Notes under the pieces: model-generated
Databases searched by the model: none
What the model saw: only the letters and a program-made list of their open reading frames with translations
Told to the model about the DNA's origin: nothing
Program-made: the position numbers and the translations under genes
Part shown: in pieces, positions 33,482-48,058 of the stretch
Numbering within the stretch: position 1 is the stretch's first letter
How the letters are laid out: each line of letters opens with the position of its first letter
Assembly: GCF_964204645.1 (NCBI RefSeq)
Contig: NC_134031.1
Coordinates: 9,362,001 to 9,426,000, forward strand
Length of the DNA: 64,000 bases
Reading direction: 5' to 3'
From: Tubulanus polymorphus
Taxonomy: Eukaryota > Animalia > Nemertea

Positions 33482-33809
33482 TTAATCAACAACTTCTAAA
33501 TCATGATGCCCGTCTTCATTTTTCCCATGGTGAATTATTTTAAATCCTTCTAAATCTTTTAATTCCTCTGTACTCAATGAAACCCATTTATCAGGTAAAA
33601 ATACTTTAAATTCTCGCGTTGTACTAACATTACAGTAACTTAAATTTGCTGATACTTTCTCTCCATATTTAGTTTTTATCTTTTCTAATTTCAATATTTT
33701 GTGTTCAGTTTCTTTTGTAACATAAACTAACTTTTTTATTTCAAATTGTTTTTTTGCTGGTTATTTTTCTGTTATTTATTGTTGCTAAGAATACCTTTCT
33801 ATCTCCCAT
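33482..33809 (-). pseudogene. Orphan Polinton SSB-like gene (homolog of 6845-7186) with a frameshift in an A7 run
   Basis: MGDRKVFLATINNRKITSKK/QFEIKKLV...KTKYGEKVSANL...VFLPDKW..LSTEELKDL...HGKNEDGHHDLE aligns with TNKYGDKL...YLPDRF..LSSEDLEEL...KGKNEKGHHKID. Confidence 0.8.
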
Positions 33810-34399
33810 TTAGGCCTATTAGAAAAAAAAATTACTTGTTGTGATGAATGGTGTGTTGACCTTACGACCTCTGATCTGAACCCCTAATATTCCAATTACT
33901 GACGCCTTGATCAATTACCTTGATCTTTCGTATATATTTGAACCTTCCCAGGGCCCATCAGCATAAGAAAAATTGGGTCGATCGGACTCAAGATGGTCGT
34001 CCTATGACCTTAAGTGCCCAAAAATGTCAATTTTGGTCCGAATTCTAGGTACTGTAGCTTCCTACTGGTTTGCAATTTGTGATGGGTATTCTTTGGAAAG
34101 GGATGTTTTATACCTGCGACAGGTATTTTTGATCAGCCAATTATGAAGCAATTGGCGGCCATCTTGGTGTCATCAGTACTCATTCGTTGGTAGGAAAAGT
34201 TTTTCCACATTAAATGGATACTTAAGCATATTGTGTCACCATATTCAATTGGAAAGTTGTAGCCCATCACGTGTTCTATGATTTTGGTGAGTTTCAAGGT
34301 CATTGGTTTTTGTATGTGGCCACCAGGGGGCGTTGAATAATACAATAACTTAGTATTTCTATATTATATTTTTACCTATGCATATTTTGTTACCACAAT

Positions 34400-36672
34400 T
34401 TACAAGTTACCAAATTTACTCATTTATATGATACATGCTTTCCATTTATCAAACGCAAGAACGCAAAAACCAATAAGTCTAAACCCTGGTTAACCACGGG
34501 CTTGTTAAACTCTATTAAATATAAAAATCACTTATATAGGAAAACACTTTATAATTCAGATATTGCTTTTAAATCCCGTTATTTAGAATATAAGTGATTA
34601 TTATCACGTTTATTAAAAACTGTTGAAAAAGGATACTATGATACTCAGTTATTTGGTGTAAAGAATAATATGAAAGCTACGTGGAAAATCTTAAAATCAG
34701 TTATTGGAAGTAACGCCGTCAAAGAACAATTACCAGCTTCCTTTAAGCTAAACAACGTAACTGTCAGTAGTAGTTTAAACATTGCAAATGATTTCAATAC
34801 TTTTTTTGTTAATGTCGGACATCGTTTAGCAAATATGATCCCCGAGTCTGAAAAACATTTCAGTTTTTATTTAAATCGTCCTAATAATGAAAACTTCTTT
34901 TTCTTCCCAACAAACTCGCTAGAAATTGATGAAATAGTAAATAAATTCTCTGGAAATAAAGGTATTGGCATTGACGGGATCTCTGAAAATAGTTATTGAT
35001 GAAGAATTATTGAAAAAGAATAAGAGTTATTGAAAAAGAATTATTGATGTTATTAAATATCCACATATATTCAACAATAGCCTTCAATCTGGAGTGGTCC
35101 CTGCTGAACTCAAAATTGCTCGGGTGTGCCCTCTGTATAAAAAAGGTGAATGCGATTCCTTTGACAATTATCGACCCATATCTATTTTACCATGTTTTTC
35201 TACTAAGATACTAGAAAAACTCGTTCATAAACGTTTAGTCGCTTTTTGTGATAAATTCGAAATTATTGATCATAACCAATTTGTATTTAGGAAAAATTAC
35301 TCAACATCAATGGCATTAACTCGTATATCTGATGAAATAGCAGCCAATATTGACGAAAGAAAAACAACGATTGAAATATTTTTGGATTTGTCTAAAGCTT
35401 TCGACACAGTAAATCACCGTATTCTTTTGGATAAACTTAATCATTATGGTATTAAAGGCACATCACTTAATTGGTTTCAAAATTACTTAGAAGGTCGCAA
35501 ACAAATAGTCCAGATTAAAGATACCAATTCTACCGCTTTAGATATTGATATTGGAGTACCACAGGGCTCCATTTTAGGTCCATTACTATTTATACTATAC
35601 ATAAACGACTGTACTCGTGCATCTGATATCCTAAAGTTAATTTTATTTGCTGATGACACGAATGCTTTCTATAGTGATCATCTCGTTGACTGCCTGATAA
35701 AAATGATCAATACTGAACTTTCGAAACTAGTTGTTTGGTTTTGTGCCAACAAGTTATCAATTAATATTAGTAAAACTTATTATATTATATTTAGTAAAAC
35801 TTTTGTTGGTAATACAAAGATTTATATCGATGATCGTGAAATTGAACGTGTCCACACATAGATGAAAAACTGTCATGGGAGGATCACATAAAATCTGTAT
35901 GTAAAAAAGTGTCACGTTATGTTGGCGTTCTTCATCGTGTTAAACACAAGTTGTCGTCCAATTCTTTACGTACCTTGTATTTATCCTTAATAGACCCATA
36001 TCTTCAATATTGTAACATTTTTTGGGGAAGAACTTCTGATTATAAATTGCATCCATTAACAATTCTACAAAAACGTGCTGTCCGTGTGGTCAGCAAATCC
36101 CATTATTTAGAACACACTGATCCAATTTTTGCTCGGTTAAATATACTTAAAATTAAGAATATTAACAAACTCCAACTAGCTATTTTTGTACATAAATTCG
36201 TCAATTCAAAATTGCCTAGGACCTTTCACAACTATTGGAACTTCAACTATCAAATTCATAGTAAACCTAGGCGTAATAGATTTAGAATTAGATTGCCTTA
36301 TTTTAGAACTGTAACTAGAAAATCTTCTGTCAAAATATCCGGTCCCTGGAATACTCTATCTCAATCAATTCAAACTATTCAAAGCGAACCTGCCTTTGAG
36401 CGTACCTACATTAAATCATTATTCAACACTTTGTAAATTTTCATTCTATACAAACCTATGTTAATGTGTAATATGTGAAATTTTTTTTCTTTTCGCCTGT
36501 TAATTACTTGTGTGCATGATGTGTGAGTGTGATGAATGTGGTGTGGATGCTTCTGGGTGATACGGCTCTCCTTGTAGCCCCATTATCCTGTTACATTTTT
36601 CTTTGTCTTATCATACTTATTATATCGTTCAATAATGTGACATCGTAATGAAAATAAATTTCAATTTCAATT
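34400..36672 (+). mobile_element. 5'-truncated CR1/L2-group LINE, RT pseudogene
   Basis: KPWLT, NYRPISILP, FLDLSKAFDTVNH, GVPQGSILGPLLF and FADDT motifs with several frameshifts. AATAAA plus (TTTCAA)n tail. Splits a HINE repeat unit. Confidence 0.92.
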
Positions 36673-38409
36673 CATTGCAAAGTTGTAGCTCTTGACATCT
36701 TCCATGATTTTGGTGAGTTTTAAGGAAATAAGTTATTCTATATGGTCACCAGGGGGCGTTGCATAGTAGAATAACTTAGTATTTCCTAATTAGATTGGTA
36801 CCTAGGCATATTTTGTTACCGTGATCAATTGTAGTTCAAAGTTGTAGTTCATGACATGTACTACGATTGTGGTGAGTTTTAAGGTCATTTGGTTTTGCAT
36901 ATGGTCACCAGGGGGCGTTGAATAATAGAATAACTAAGTTTTTCCATATTAAATTGGTTACGAGGCATATTTTGTTATCACAATCAATTTCAAAATCATA
37001 GCTGCTGACATGTTCTATGATTGTGGTGGGTTTCAAGGTCATTGGTTTTTGTATATGGTCACTAGGGGGCATTATGTATTGAAATTGTTAGATTGTTGAG
37101 CATTTGAAACCACTTCCCAAGTGGGCATGGTGTCCCTGGACCCCTAGTTTATATGGTCACCAGGGGGCGTTGAATTTTGAAATTGTAAAATTGTTGAGCA
37201 TTTGAAACTCCTTCCCAAGTGGACATGGTGTCTCTGGACCCCTAAGTTATACATACAACCGAAATTCGTTACCTATCCCATTCGCAAAATTATGGCGACA
37301 TTTATGGGGACCTCTTCTTCACTCTAGATAGGCCTACTACTTTTGTGGTCCGGCCCTACGCTACTAACGTAATTGTGGTCTGATGCCTGACTAGTACCCA
37401 AAATAAAGAATAGCGTTGTTTTTTGTACCGTTTTAGAAAGGCTAAGGACACTAGTTATACAATGCAAAATTATAGCTCTTGGCCAATTACACATCAAAAT
37501 ACATTCTAATGCACACTTCACGCCTAGGCCTATGGGACAAAATCCAAGTTTCTGATCAATTTTATCAAACTCAAGCATTCATTACAAAATACGAATAAAG
37601 CAATACTTCTATTCAGATGATTTTAATGTTTGCCGTCACCACTAGGTGTGCTAGTGTTCGGTCACCTAGGCCAAAGGCGAAATGAGAAGAAAATTGTCCG
37701 AAATCGACAGTTTGAGTAAAACTCACGAAATGAACGAACTATAAACCATAAAGAGCCACTCGGCACTGAAGATTGAAGTATTTTATAATTTTTCAGTAGG
37801 CCTACATGAAGGTACTGTTATATGCCATTGATTCCTCAAAAATTACTTTAGATGAGATGAATCAGCAATGCAATAACAAGACAATAAATTGCTGTTAGGC
37901 CTACAGGCCATAGATGGCAGCCCTATATGGTCATTATTATCAGATATTTTTGGAAACTACCTACCATTATAATCTTGAAGATATAAAGGAGTTAATCATG
38001 TAAGTTAGATAAACAATAAATGATACCAATAAAACGAGAAAATAACAGAATTATGACTATAAAACTGTAGATGTTGAGATTCTATCACGAAGCTGCGGCA
38101 AGCGAGTATACGTGTTGCCATTTTCATCACCGAATTGGCTGAAGCCTTTACATTTGTGAATTTTTTGTGATGGAAGCTCAATTCGAATACAACCTACTGC
38201 GTTCACATGCCTTAGACCGGGACGAATTTTACGCTCCAAGCATAATTGTCACCAGTACTAGAAAAATATCTACTCAGCCTTTTCGGTTGCCATGCTATGC
38301 ATATTTTGTAGCCACCATCGATAGCAAAGTTGTAGCTCTTTACATATTCTATGATTGTGGTACATTTCAAGGTCATTGGGTTTTTGGTGCACCTTTGTCA
38401 GTGATATGA

Positions 38410-39500
38410 TGTTGGCATTGAGCCAATTCATGTAAAATCGCGGTACATTTTTTTATGTGAGCATTTGTGTCATTGGTTCTCGGCTTAAACGAGGTATAAT
38501 CGATGCGATTGAAGACATGGCGAACCGCCGTCGATGACATGGTCAACTGAGTTAAAATTCTACGAAAAACTCTTGGCTGGAAAATTCTTAGCTCTCGCGT
38601 ATAAAATTACAATTACCTCGATTGGGGGGTGTTGTCTCTACGAGTGATTGTGATTGGCTGTTTTTGGCATATACGGGGAATTCAGGCGCTACTAAAAATA
38701 TTATGGGAAAGCCATAGAATGGCGAACGTTTCATTGGACTATGTGCCGTATACGTGCGAATTTCAAATGCTCAAATTTCAAATATTGTATCATTTTAATA
38801 CCCGTTGATTGATTTGATTGACATTGAAGTGTAAGCGAACATTCACTTACACAAGGCCTCCACGTGCGCGCGGAAATCATTAGATTGCACTGTTGCACAC
38901 TGTGTGACACACAAACACGCGTGTACAGTATACACTACTATAGTGATTCTGTAACGCTGCTTGCTGGTGCGTTTGACATTTCATCAGCAGAAGAGCGCTG
39001 TGTTTTCTGTTTGATAGAATTTGTAATAAATTGTAATTTCTTTTGACCTGAAAATACTAAGCAGCAAACTATAGCTATAAGTCGAGGTCTAAATATTGTA
39101 GTGGTAATTTCCAGGATTTAAAACGATCTAATACGCCTATTTCTTACTGCACCGGTATTTTAGCTTCCGCGGCCATACATTCAGCCACCCTCTGATATGT
39201 GACATCATATGAATTTTATTTGAATATTTTTTGATATTATGAGAAATATTTCTTGAAAATATAAAATAGTTTCCATGCCGCGCCTACCTGTACCCTACGA
39301 AATTTTGGATGTGGATCGTAAACAAATGTATATCTTGGGTCTTATTTGCCTACAAAATAATCCTTTAAGACCGATAAAATACAATATAAACTTGTAGAAC
39401 TTTGAAGTCACGAATAAAAAAGATTTTTCAAGCAATGCCCTTACCCCTAACAACCTCTAGCTTTCAAGGTAAACCATACTTTGTCCATGGGCAATTTATT
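38410..39500 (+). repeat. Interspersed repeat, also present at ~56880-58556
   Basis: Shared blocks such as GATGACATGGTCAACTGAGTTAAAATTCTAC, ATTCAGCCACCCTCT and AGCTTTCAAGGTAAACC. Confidence 0.75.
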
Positions 39501-40421
39501 TTATATTGTCACTAGGTAGCGTTGAAAATTGAAACTGTTGGAATGTTGAGCATTTGAAACCACTTCCCAAGTGGTTGGCACAGTGTCCCTGGACCCCTAG
39601 TTTAATATGGTCTCTAGGAGGCCTTGACAAGTGGAATGACTTTTAATTTTAATAACTTCTGTAATTTCATATTGTGTTCATACCTCTAGGCATCTTCCCT
39701 GTTGTATGATTAGTTCTCTAAGTTGTTGAGTAGTTCTCTAAGATTGGCAAATAACAGGGCTCTACAATTCAATAAATATTGTTAATTATAAAAAAACTTC
39801 TTTGTAGAGAAAATTAATCATCATATCATCATATCAACATTTAGTTATAGAGATATGCTAGGTTATTTTGGGGGTGAAAGCTTGACCCCTCGTTTCTAGG
39901 TCACCCCAGACTCCCTGTTAAAAAAATTGGGCATCAATGTCTTAGAGCTTCTGGCGGCCTGGTTGATATTTGATATTACTACTGTCATAACTGTCATTTC
40001 AGTTCTGGTATTTCTCTCTGACATTTGTTCCCAAACCCACCGTGGTGATTTTGGTTCTGTTATAATAACTGTGTTGGTAGCAAGTGGGTATTTTACATAT
40101 GCACCAGCGGGTGTAAATTTTCTGATTATTGAGTAGGCCCTATTTTAAACTGCTTTCTAAGTAGCCATGGTTTTTATGTTATCTTATCAAAAATTTTGCG
40201 GCCAAGGTATTTGAGTATGAACCAGACCAATGACAATTTGCTTTGCTGGCTCATATAATATCCTCTTTGGTTGTCTGGTGTTTTTAATTTCAATTTATTC
40301 ATCATTTAGTATGCATATAAGTAATGCTAGCAAAATGTGATTTATGTGAAATTTGATGATTATTTTACTTATCTTTTATTCTTTAGTTGAGTGACCTAAT
40401 ACACGCTGTCTTGTTGCATAC

Positions 40422-40605
40422 ATGTATGAGCAAATGGTAACCACAGAAATGTTGAAGGCAGGACCGGTGAACATCGAAGAGAAAAAGAAGAGCATTCGAT
40501 ACCTATTGCTGCAGGCATGGCGTGAACGATGGAATGATATTCAATGGAGTAGCAATCTCAAAAAAATTATCAAAAACCAAAATGGAGATCAAGTTTTCCT
40601 TGCTA
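40422..40605 (+). CDS. MED24: Mediator subunit 24, first coding exon (exon 40387-40605)
   Basis: LLLQAWRERWNDIQWSSNLKK matches the MED24 N-terminus (human ILQAWKERWSDYQWAINMKK). Acceptor TTTAG at 40386; donor GTAAG at 40606, phase 1. Confidence 0.88.
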
Positions 40606-41071
40606 GTAAGTCAATTAGAGATAACTCGGTCGTCATAGGACGATTCTCCCTGTGTTGTACAGGATACTTACACTAAATTTTCAACTGAAAGCACTAGACA
40701 TCCTTTAGTCTCAGTGTATTTTTGTACTTTGGTACTTAGGGGTGTTGTCTTTCATGAGACACAAAAATATTCCGATATCCGATATTCCAGACAAAATTTC
40801 ATTGTTTGAAAAAAGTGTTGTACTGTACAGAGACGAATTTCTATCTTTCTATCTATCTTCAGTTTTGATAGATATGAAGATAATTATACTTGTTACCTTG
40901 GCTTCAGAGCTATTCTGTCATTTGCAATGTAACTCTGACCAATTCAATGATGATACTCATTTTGTTGTATAGGACAGTGTATTGTACAGGACAAAATTTC
41001 AATCATCAGAAAATTCACTTGTTTCAATTTGTGTTAAGTGGTAAAAATGCTATAAATTACCTTTAGGCCTA

Positions 41072-43934
41072 CCGTATTTTCCGAAAGTGAAAGTCGAGTT
41101 TTTGAGACCAAAAAGTAGTAGTCCAAAAACTTGGGTCGACTTATACACCGGATACAAATTTCAGATCGTTTGAAAGTATATTTTTCAGCGATATTCCGAC
41201 CGATATTCCTCAATCATCGATGAGGGGAGACCGCTAGAGTGATGTCACGTCAATTCTATGTCAACATCAATTCAAGTCATCGTTTATTGAACAAAGTTAT
41301 GAAAAATATTTTTGATGATTTATTTTCAATTTTGATGATTACGATTTTGATATTATATCAATAAATTTATAATTATTTTGTTTAAATCATTTTGAATAAC
41401 GTATGGAAATAACGTAATTGTAACATCTATTCCAGCACCAATTCAAGTCAATGTTTATTGAACAAAGTTACGGAAACTGTAACGGGCGATTTGAATGTAT
41501 GTTCTAATATTATCTTTACTACCAGTGTGCAAAATAATGTTGAATAAAAGTGAAATTTTCTTTCAGTCATGATTCGCCTGTAATCCCCGGAAATGCACTG
41601 TCTGTGATTAAACAATGCCATTGAAACTACAGAATAAATGCATAAAGCGCAAGATTTAGATAAAGACACTTTAATCTCGTAAATTACAATAATTACAATA
41701 ATTAGTAGACTGTTTAGTGCACAGGGTCATATACAGAATAATACAGAAATAGACACAATAGCGCAGTTTATATTGACACGGCACAGAACAATGAATTGTA
41801 TATTGGTACATGGCGCAGTATATTAAAACCCTTCGAATTCTTCATCTTCATCGTCCGATTTGAAGAGTTCCAACATATCCTCGTTGGTCATTCCTTCATC
41901 ATACGGATCCCATTCTTCATCGGCTAATTCGGTGGAATCGTCATCTTTCCAGATCCAATCATCTTCCTCGCTATCTAACGAATTTTAAAATTCCGCATTT
42001 CAAAAATGAGTTTTTCACTACGCCTGTGTCAATCTCGTTCCACGCATTAACAACCCATTCGCAAAGGGTTTTGAGCGGAGCAGCACGCATATTCCCACCT
42101 TTCGTAAAGGTCTTTTCGCCTTCAATAAGCCACCTATTCCACTCATCGCGAATACGATCTTTAAATGGCTTATTGAGGCAAACGTCTAATGGCTGAACGA
42201 CTAGAGTAAGCCCACCGGGTATTACAGCCACATCCGAGTTGCATCGTTTGAGCTTTTTCTTGGAACGATCGGTTAAATGAGCTCGAAACATGTCCCACAC
42301 CAGTAAACTTCGGGGCTGAGATAGTGCACCGGGTCGTCTTTCCCACACATTCTCTATCCACAGCTTCACTCCATCTTCATCCATCCATACCTTGTTGTGC
42401 ATGTGCACAAACACTCCAGCAGGGAACTTGACTTTCGGCATCGTCTTCCTCTTAAAAATTACCATTGGTTTCAGTTTCGCACCATCAGCCATACAAGCTA
42501 ATACTACGGTGAAATGTACTTTTTCATGTCCCATAGTTTTCATCAACACAGTTTTCGTCCTTTAACATCGACAGTTCTGTTCGGTGGCATGTCGAAATTA
42601 ACCGGGGTTTCATCCATATTCCCTATATGAGAGAGATCGTAGCCGTATTTCTGTCGTTGCTTGATGATGAATTGGTGAAAACTAGTAATCTTTTCTTCTA
42701 GTTCTGCAGGTAACTTCTGGGAGATCTTCGCTCTTTGTCGCATAACAAGACCTTTTCTATTCATAAATCTTGTACACCAGCTACTGGTGGCCTGAAAGTT
42801 CTCGCTTGACTTTGGATTTTGCTTCGACCATCTCATCGAATAAATTCTTATTGCGTTTCTGGATATTGGATGACCATTCAAACGATTTTCCAGGACCCAT
42901 TCTTCTACGGCATTTTCTAGGTCTTGCCACTGCGCATTTTGCTACGGTTATCACATTTCGATTTCGGCATTTCTTTCAGCGTGTTTTCGATCTTCCTCCA
43001 GTCACGAACTAATTTCTCGCTGACACCAAATTCTCTGGATGCGGCGCAATTGTTCGTTCCCTTCGCAAAATCTATGACTTTCAACTTGAAACCAGATTCA
43101 TATTTCATTCTTTTTCTTGGTGGAGCCATTGTTACGTCAGTTGAGTTTTTAATCATATACTGAACTTGATAGGAAATTCTCTCTCCTTATATACAATTTT
43201 GAAAAATAAATTACTATCCTTTGATGTATTAAATTACCGGGGGTACAGCTAACGCTTGAAAACTTCAATGAAAAACTCTGTAATTCTGGGATATCAAGTG
43301 TGAAGTGAACTGTATTTGAGTAGAAGTTGCAAATATTTAATCTGATTTATCATTACTGGTAACTTAATTTAATCTCCATTAATTAATACAATTTATTCTA
43401 ATCCTCTGATCATAGGGCAAGTAAATTAGTATCACTGTCGTTCAGACACAATTGCGCTGCCAGGATGAAAGGCCGTGGCGTTTTTGTGATTTAACACAAT
43501 AGGAATAATAGAATGTTTGTTCTATACAAGGACCAGTATCAAATGTTATACAATGGTATACCACAATAATGGTTTAAACATCTCAAAATCTGTGCTTAAA
43601 ATAATGTCAGACAAAAATTTATTTTTTACAAATATAGGTTATTAGATTTGAATTTGAGTTTACATCATTCTGCAGTCAAGGCATTGCATTTAGTGATGAC
43701 ATCAATATAAGCCGCATGATGTGAAGGTTGATCTGGAATATACTACCGGTAAACTTTATACTAGACTGGCCAATATTACTACCGGCACTACAGGCAAAAT
43801 AGAAATTTTGTTAGGGTTGACTGTGAAGAAGGGGGTCGACTTATACAGTGAACAAAGGTTAAAACACTGATTATGTGGCTAAAAAATCGGGGTCGACTTA
43901 TACACCGAGTCGACTTATAAACCGGAAAATACGG
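41072..43934 (-). mobile_element. pogo/Tigger-family DNA transposon within the MED24 intron
   Basis: TIRs CCGTATTTTCCG / CGGAAAATACGG, TA TSD on both sides, subterminal GGGTCGACTTATAC repeats. Confidence 0.93.
41823..43129 (-). pseudogene. pogo transposase (Brinker-like DBD, CENP-B HTH, DDE_1), disrupted
   Basis: YESGFKLKVI...VRDWRK; FQATSSWCTRFMNR; IGNMDETP; LLVWDMFRAH; QPLDVCLNKPFK; acidic tail EEFEGF*. Split over three ORFs. Confidence 0.9.
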
Positions 43935-44029
43935 TATATATTCCATACTTCTATTTTCCAAATTCCCAAAAAAATAAAAATTTCCAACTATAAAAAAGTA
44001 GGAGTTCTTCCATCATTCTTTTTCTGTGT

Positions 44030-46410
44030 TTATCACCATGGCTTCGCTGACGATAAACAGTTAAACATGGTTTTGAAATGCAATACTACCGATTTATCTA
44101 ATCAAGTTGGAGTATTTGAAATGCAATGTTCGAAAGTTAATCGGTGGCTTTTGCTCATGTGTAACCTCGATAAGTTTGAGGCAATGCTGATTGGAACTGC
44201 GATGACCATAGAATTACTTAATATTAGATTCATACAGGTGGCTGGTCATAAAATTCCAATCTCGACTGTTCCAGTATGGAATTTAGGAGTTTACTTTGAC
44301 TCGCAGCTAACTATGGAATCACATGTTGCGAGTGTTGTTAGGTCTGCTGCATTTCATTTGCGGGCTATAGGCAGTCTGTCGGCAGTTGACATTTGAATCA
44401 GCCAAACTGCTTACCCAATCTATGGTGCTGTCCCAAATTGATAATTGTAATTGTTGTCTTGTAGGAATTAGCGCTAACTCATCGTATAGACTGCAGCTTA
44501 TACAAAATCGCGCTGCCAGGATCATAACTAGAACCCGTGTCAGGGAGAATATAACACCAGTTCTGAAATCTCTCCATTGGCTTCTGGTTAGAGAGCGTAT
44601 AGAGTACAATTTAATTCTTATCGTCTTCAAATGTCTACAGCATCTTGCACCTGTCTACCTTGAGGGTCTTCTTGTTCCGTATGTGTCGAGGCGCTCACTG
44701 CGTTCCAGCTCAATGAACTTACTAACTGAAACCACATATAGACTTAAATCATTCGGTGGACGTTCATTCTCACATGTCGCACAGACCCTTTGGAACTCCC
44801 TTGATCCAGAGCTCCGTAGCATAACAGACATCGAGATATTCAAAAGCACTTTAAAGACATTCTTATTTCGAAAGGCGTATCAGTTACCACTCACTACAGC
44901 GCCGGTGAAGACTGCATCAGTGGAACAGGTGCTATATAAATGAAAGGCTGAATCCAAGAACATGTCTATCCCACTTTTGAGCCCAAACGTCTACTTTTAC
45001 ATAGTAGCCACTTGAGAACAATAAGCAATTAACGATATCGACTACTTTTCCAGTAGTATTCATTTCAAAACAGTCACTCTGAAAAAGTATTCCTTTCAAT
45101 TCGGTTGGTTTTCTATAGAAGCTATTTCGAAGAGTCTACTATTGAAAAGTGACCATTTTGAAACATCTGGTTTCGATAGTGCACACTAGCAGTAGAGGTG
45201 ACTGTAAAACCACCCGCCTGTTAACAGTGACTTTGTGATAGTAACTCTTACCATAGCAGCTACTCTCAAAACACATCGTTTCTAAAAGTCAACTATTGAA
45301 AAGTGACCATTTTGAGATGGCATGATAATTTCCTGTTCAAAATAGCAGCATCTGTTAAAGATTTGCAGTGATACGTGACAGGTTCAAAGGTACCGTTAAA
45401 CCCTATCTGCTTTGTATACAGAACTCTGTATGCTTTGAATACAGTTCTGTGAATAGAAAATCAAAGTTTTTGAGTTGCTGAGAATCCCCTAAATTATATC
45501 ATCATGGATTAAATCCATTAATACGAAAATATAGTGCCAGTCCTAGAATTTTTAGAATTTTAAGATTTGCGATTATAAAACATTCTGGTGCGTTCATAAG
45601 TCTTTGATTTTGTAGAAAAGAAAGACAAAAAATAAATTTGTCTTTTAGGCTTAATTTGTTTTTAAGGGTATATGAGAGAGGAATATACAAATAAAATCAT
45701 ATGTTCAGAAAATGAATTACGAAAATTTCAATTTATCTTAAAACTACATAACTATTGACAATTTGTAAACAAATTTAATTCCAATCTCGACTTTTATTGG
45801 TTAGAGTTGGGAATCGCTCATTACATTTCACATCCTCAAAGAGTATCTACAATATCTTCGGATCTTAACTGAGTCACTCTTAATGGAACTATACCCCAAA
45901 CTATAGCGTGAGTAGTTTTTTTCAATGTTTATATTGTCACGTATCACTGCAAATTTGAAGCATATGTTGCTACCGTGTATTTATAACATGGAATCTGGAA
46001 AGTGATCTCAAAATGGTCACTTTTCAATAGTTGACTTTTAGAAACGTTGTGTTTTGAGAGTATCTGCTATGGTAGGAGTTACTATCACAAAGTCACTGTT
46101 AACAGGCGAATGGTTTTACAGTCATCTCTACTGCTAGTGTGCACTATCGAAACCAGATGTTTCAAAATGGTCACTTTTCAATAGTAGACTCTTCGAAACA
46201 GCCACTATAGAAAACCAACCGAATTGAAAGGAATACTATTTCAGAGTGACTGTTTTGAAATGTATACTACTGGAAAAGTAGCTGATATCGTTAATTGCTT
46301 ATTGTTCTCAAGTGGCTACTAAGTAAAAGTAGACGTTTGGGCTCAAAAGTGGGATAGACATGTTCTTGGATTCAGCCTTTCAAATGTTTATGTGATTGAT
46401 TGATTGATTT
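44030..46410 (+). mobile_element. L2-clade LINE 3' fragment whose 3' end is split by a MITE
   Basis: FADDKQL, NLGVYFDSQL, LQLIQNRAAR, ITPVLKSLHWL, LWNSL and FKSTLKTFLF motifs. The (TGAT)n tail resumes after 46381. Confidence 0.85.
44942..46381. mobile_element. Fold-back MITE with ~375-440-bp TIRs and 4-bp TSD AAAT (Sola-like)
   Basis: GAAAGGCTGAATCCAAGAACATGTCTATCCCAC / GTGGGATAGACATGTTCTTGGATTCAGCCTTTC. AAAT at 44938-44941 and 46382-46385. Confidence 0.9.
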
Positions 46411-46837
46411 TTGTGCAGTCCTAACAAGATTTAACATGGAAAATACTCAAGGAAGGAAGCTATGTTCCCTTCCATTTTAATAGATCCGTGATCTTAAAAA
46501 TTTATATATTTTATGTAAGGTTGTATATTTTATTTTCCCCTTCAACCTTTCATCTTGCTGGTAAAGTCAAGTAGGCCTACTCCAACCAATCTAAAAGGGC
46601 CTTAGTGTGGGCATTTGGTCACTCGCTTGAAAATAAGCTAATATCTTAAAAAGTTGCTTCAGTTGGCAGTGAATTTTGCATAAGATGGACAGGAATGGCA
46701 GTGAAATTAAAAATTTCTAGCCTGATTTTCCTGTAAAAAGTGTTTACTTAGGTTTAAAAAAGTGCTTTGAATTGCTTATTTTTACCATAGCCTCACAACT
46801 ATAAACCCAAAGGTCAAAATTGGTTGAGACCTTGCTG

Positions 46838-47980
46838 TTTTTAGCCCACTTGGGACTTTAGTCCCAGCGAGCTATTGCGTTCACTTTTCGTTCGTCCGTC
46901 CGTAGACGGAATCCAGTTATTTTGGGAAGTTTTGAAGACGCTTCAATGTAATGTCTTGATATTTGGGTTACACATGTATCTACCCTAGACACATCTTCAG
47001 CCCAAAAACTGGCCCTGTCAGAATCAAGATGGTCGACTGGCAGCCATTGTTGTTCGCCAAAATCAGCACTTTTTACATGTTTTTGAACTTTTTGGGGAAA
47101 TTTTGAAGACACTGATCAATTACCTCGATCTTTTGTATATATTTCTATCCCCCAGGGCTCATCAGCATAACAAAAATTGGGTTGATCGTTCTCAAATGGC
47201 CGTCCTATGACCTTTTAAGTGCCCAAAAATATCAATTTTGGTCCGAATTCTTAGTCCTGTAGCTTCCTACTGGTTTTCCATTTCTCATTGCAATTGCTGA
47301 TGGGTATTCTTTGGAAATGGATGTTTAATACCTGAGACAGGTATTTTTGATCAGCCAATTATGACGCAATTTGCGGCCATCTTGGTGTCATCAGTACTGA
47401 TTCGTAGGTGGGAAAAAGTTTTCCCACATTATATTGATAGGCCTACCTAAGTATATTTTGTTACGACAATGAATTAGAAAGTTGTAGCTTATAACGTGTT
47501 CTATGATTGTGGTGAGTTTTAAGGTGATTGGCCACCAGGGGGCGTGGAATAATACAATATCTTAATATTTCTATATTATATTTGTTCCAATGCAAATTTT
47601 GTTACCACAATCAAGTTGTAGCTCATGACATGGTCTATGATTGTGGTGAGTTTTAAGGACATAGTTATTCTATGTGGTCACAAGGGGCGTTGAATAGTAC
47701 AATAACTTAGTATTTCCTTATTATATTGGTACCTAGGCACATTTTGTTACCATGATCAATTGCAAAGTCGTAGGTCATGACATGTTCCATGATTGTGTTG
47801 AGTTTCAAGGTCATTCGGTTTTGAATATGGTCACCAGGGGGCATTGAATCGTAGAATAACTTAGTATTTTCATATCAATTAGGTAACGATGCATATTTTG
47901 TTATCACAATCAATTACAAAATCGTAGCTGCTGACATGTTCTATGATTGTGGTGAGTTTCAAGCCCCTTGGGGCTCTTTT
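46838..47980 (+). mobile_element. HINE/Helentron-type element copy
   Basis: Same 5' end and internal units as the copy at 32488. Confidence 0.8.
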
Positions 47981-48058
47981 AATTACAGTTAAACTGTCAA
48001 CACAAACATCATACTGCGCTTGGCAATGGACCCATAACAACTTGCTTCTGCCAGCCCT

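Larger units (their letters stand above)
32488..37250 (+). mobile_element. Helentron-associated non-autonomous element (HINE/DINE-like), interrupted by a Polinton gene and a LINE
   Basis: 5' TTTTTAGCCCACTTGGGAC...GTCCCA hairpin plus GTCC microsatellite; internal ~150-bp tandem units; 3' subTIR CCCAAGTGGGC plus hairpin GTCCCTGGAC-CCCTAGTTT (37117-37150, repeated at ~37213). Confidence 0.75.
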
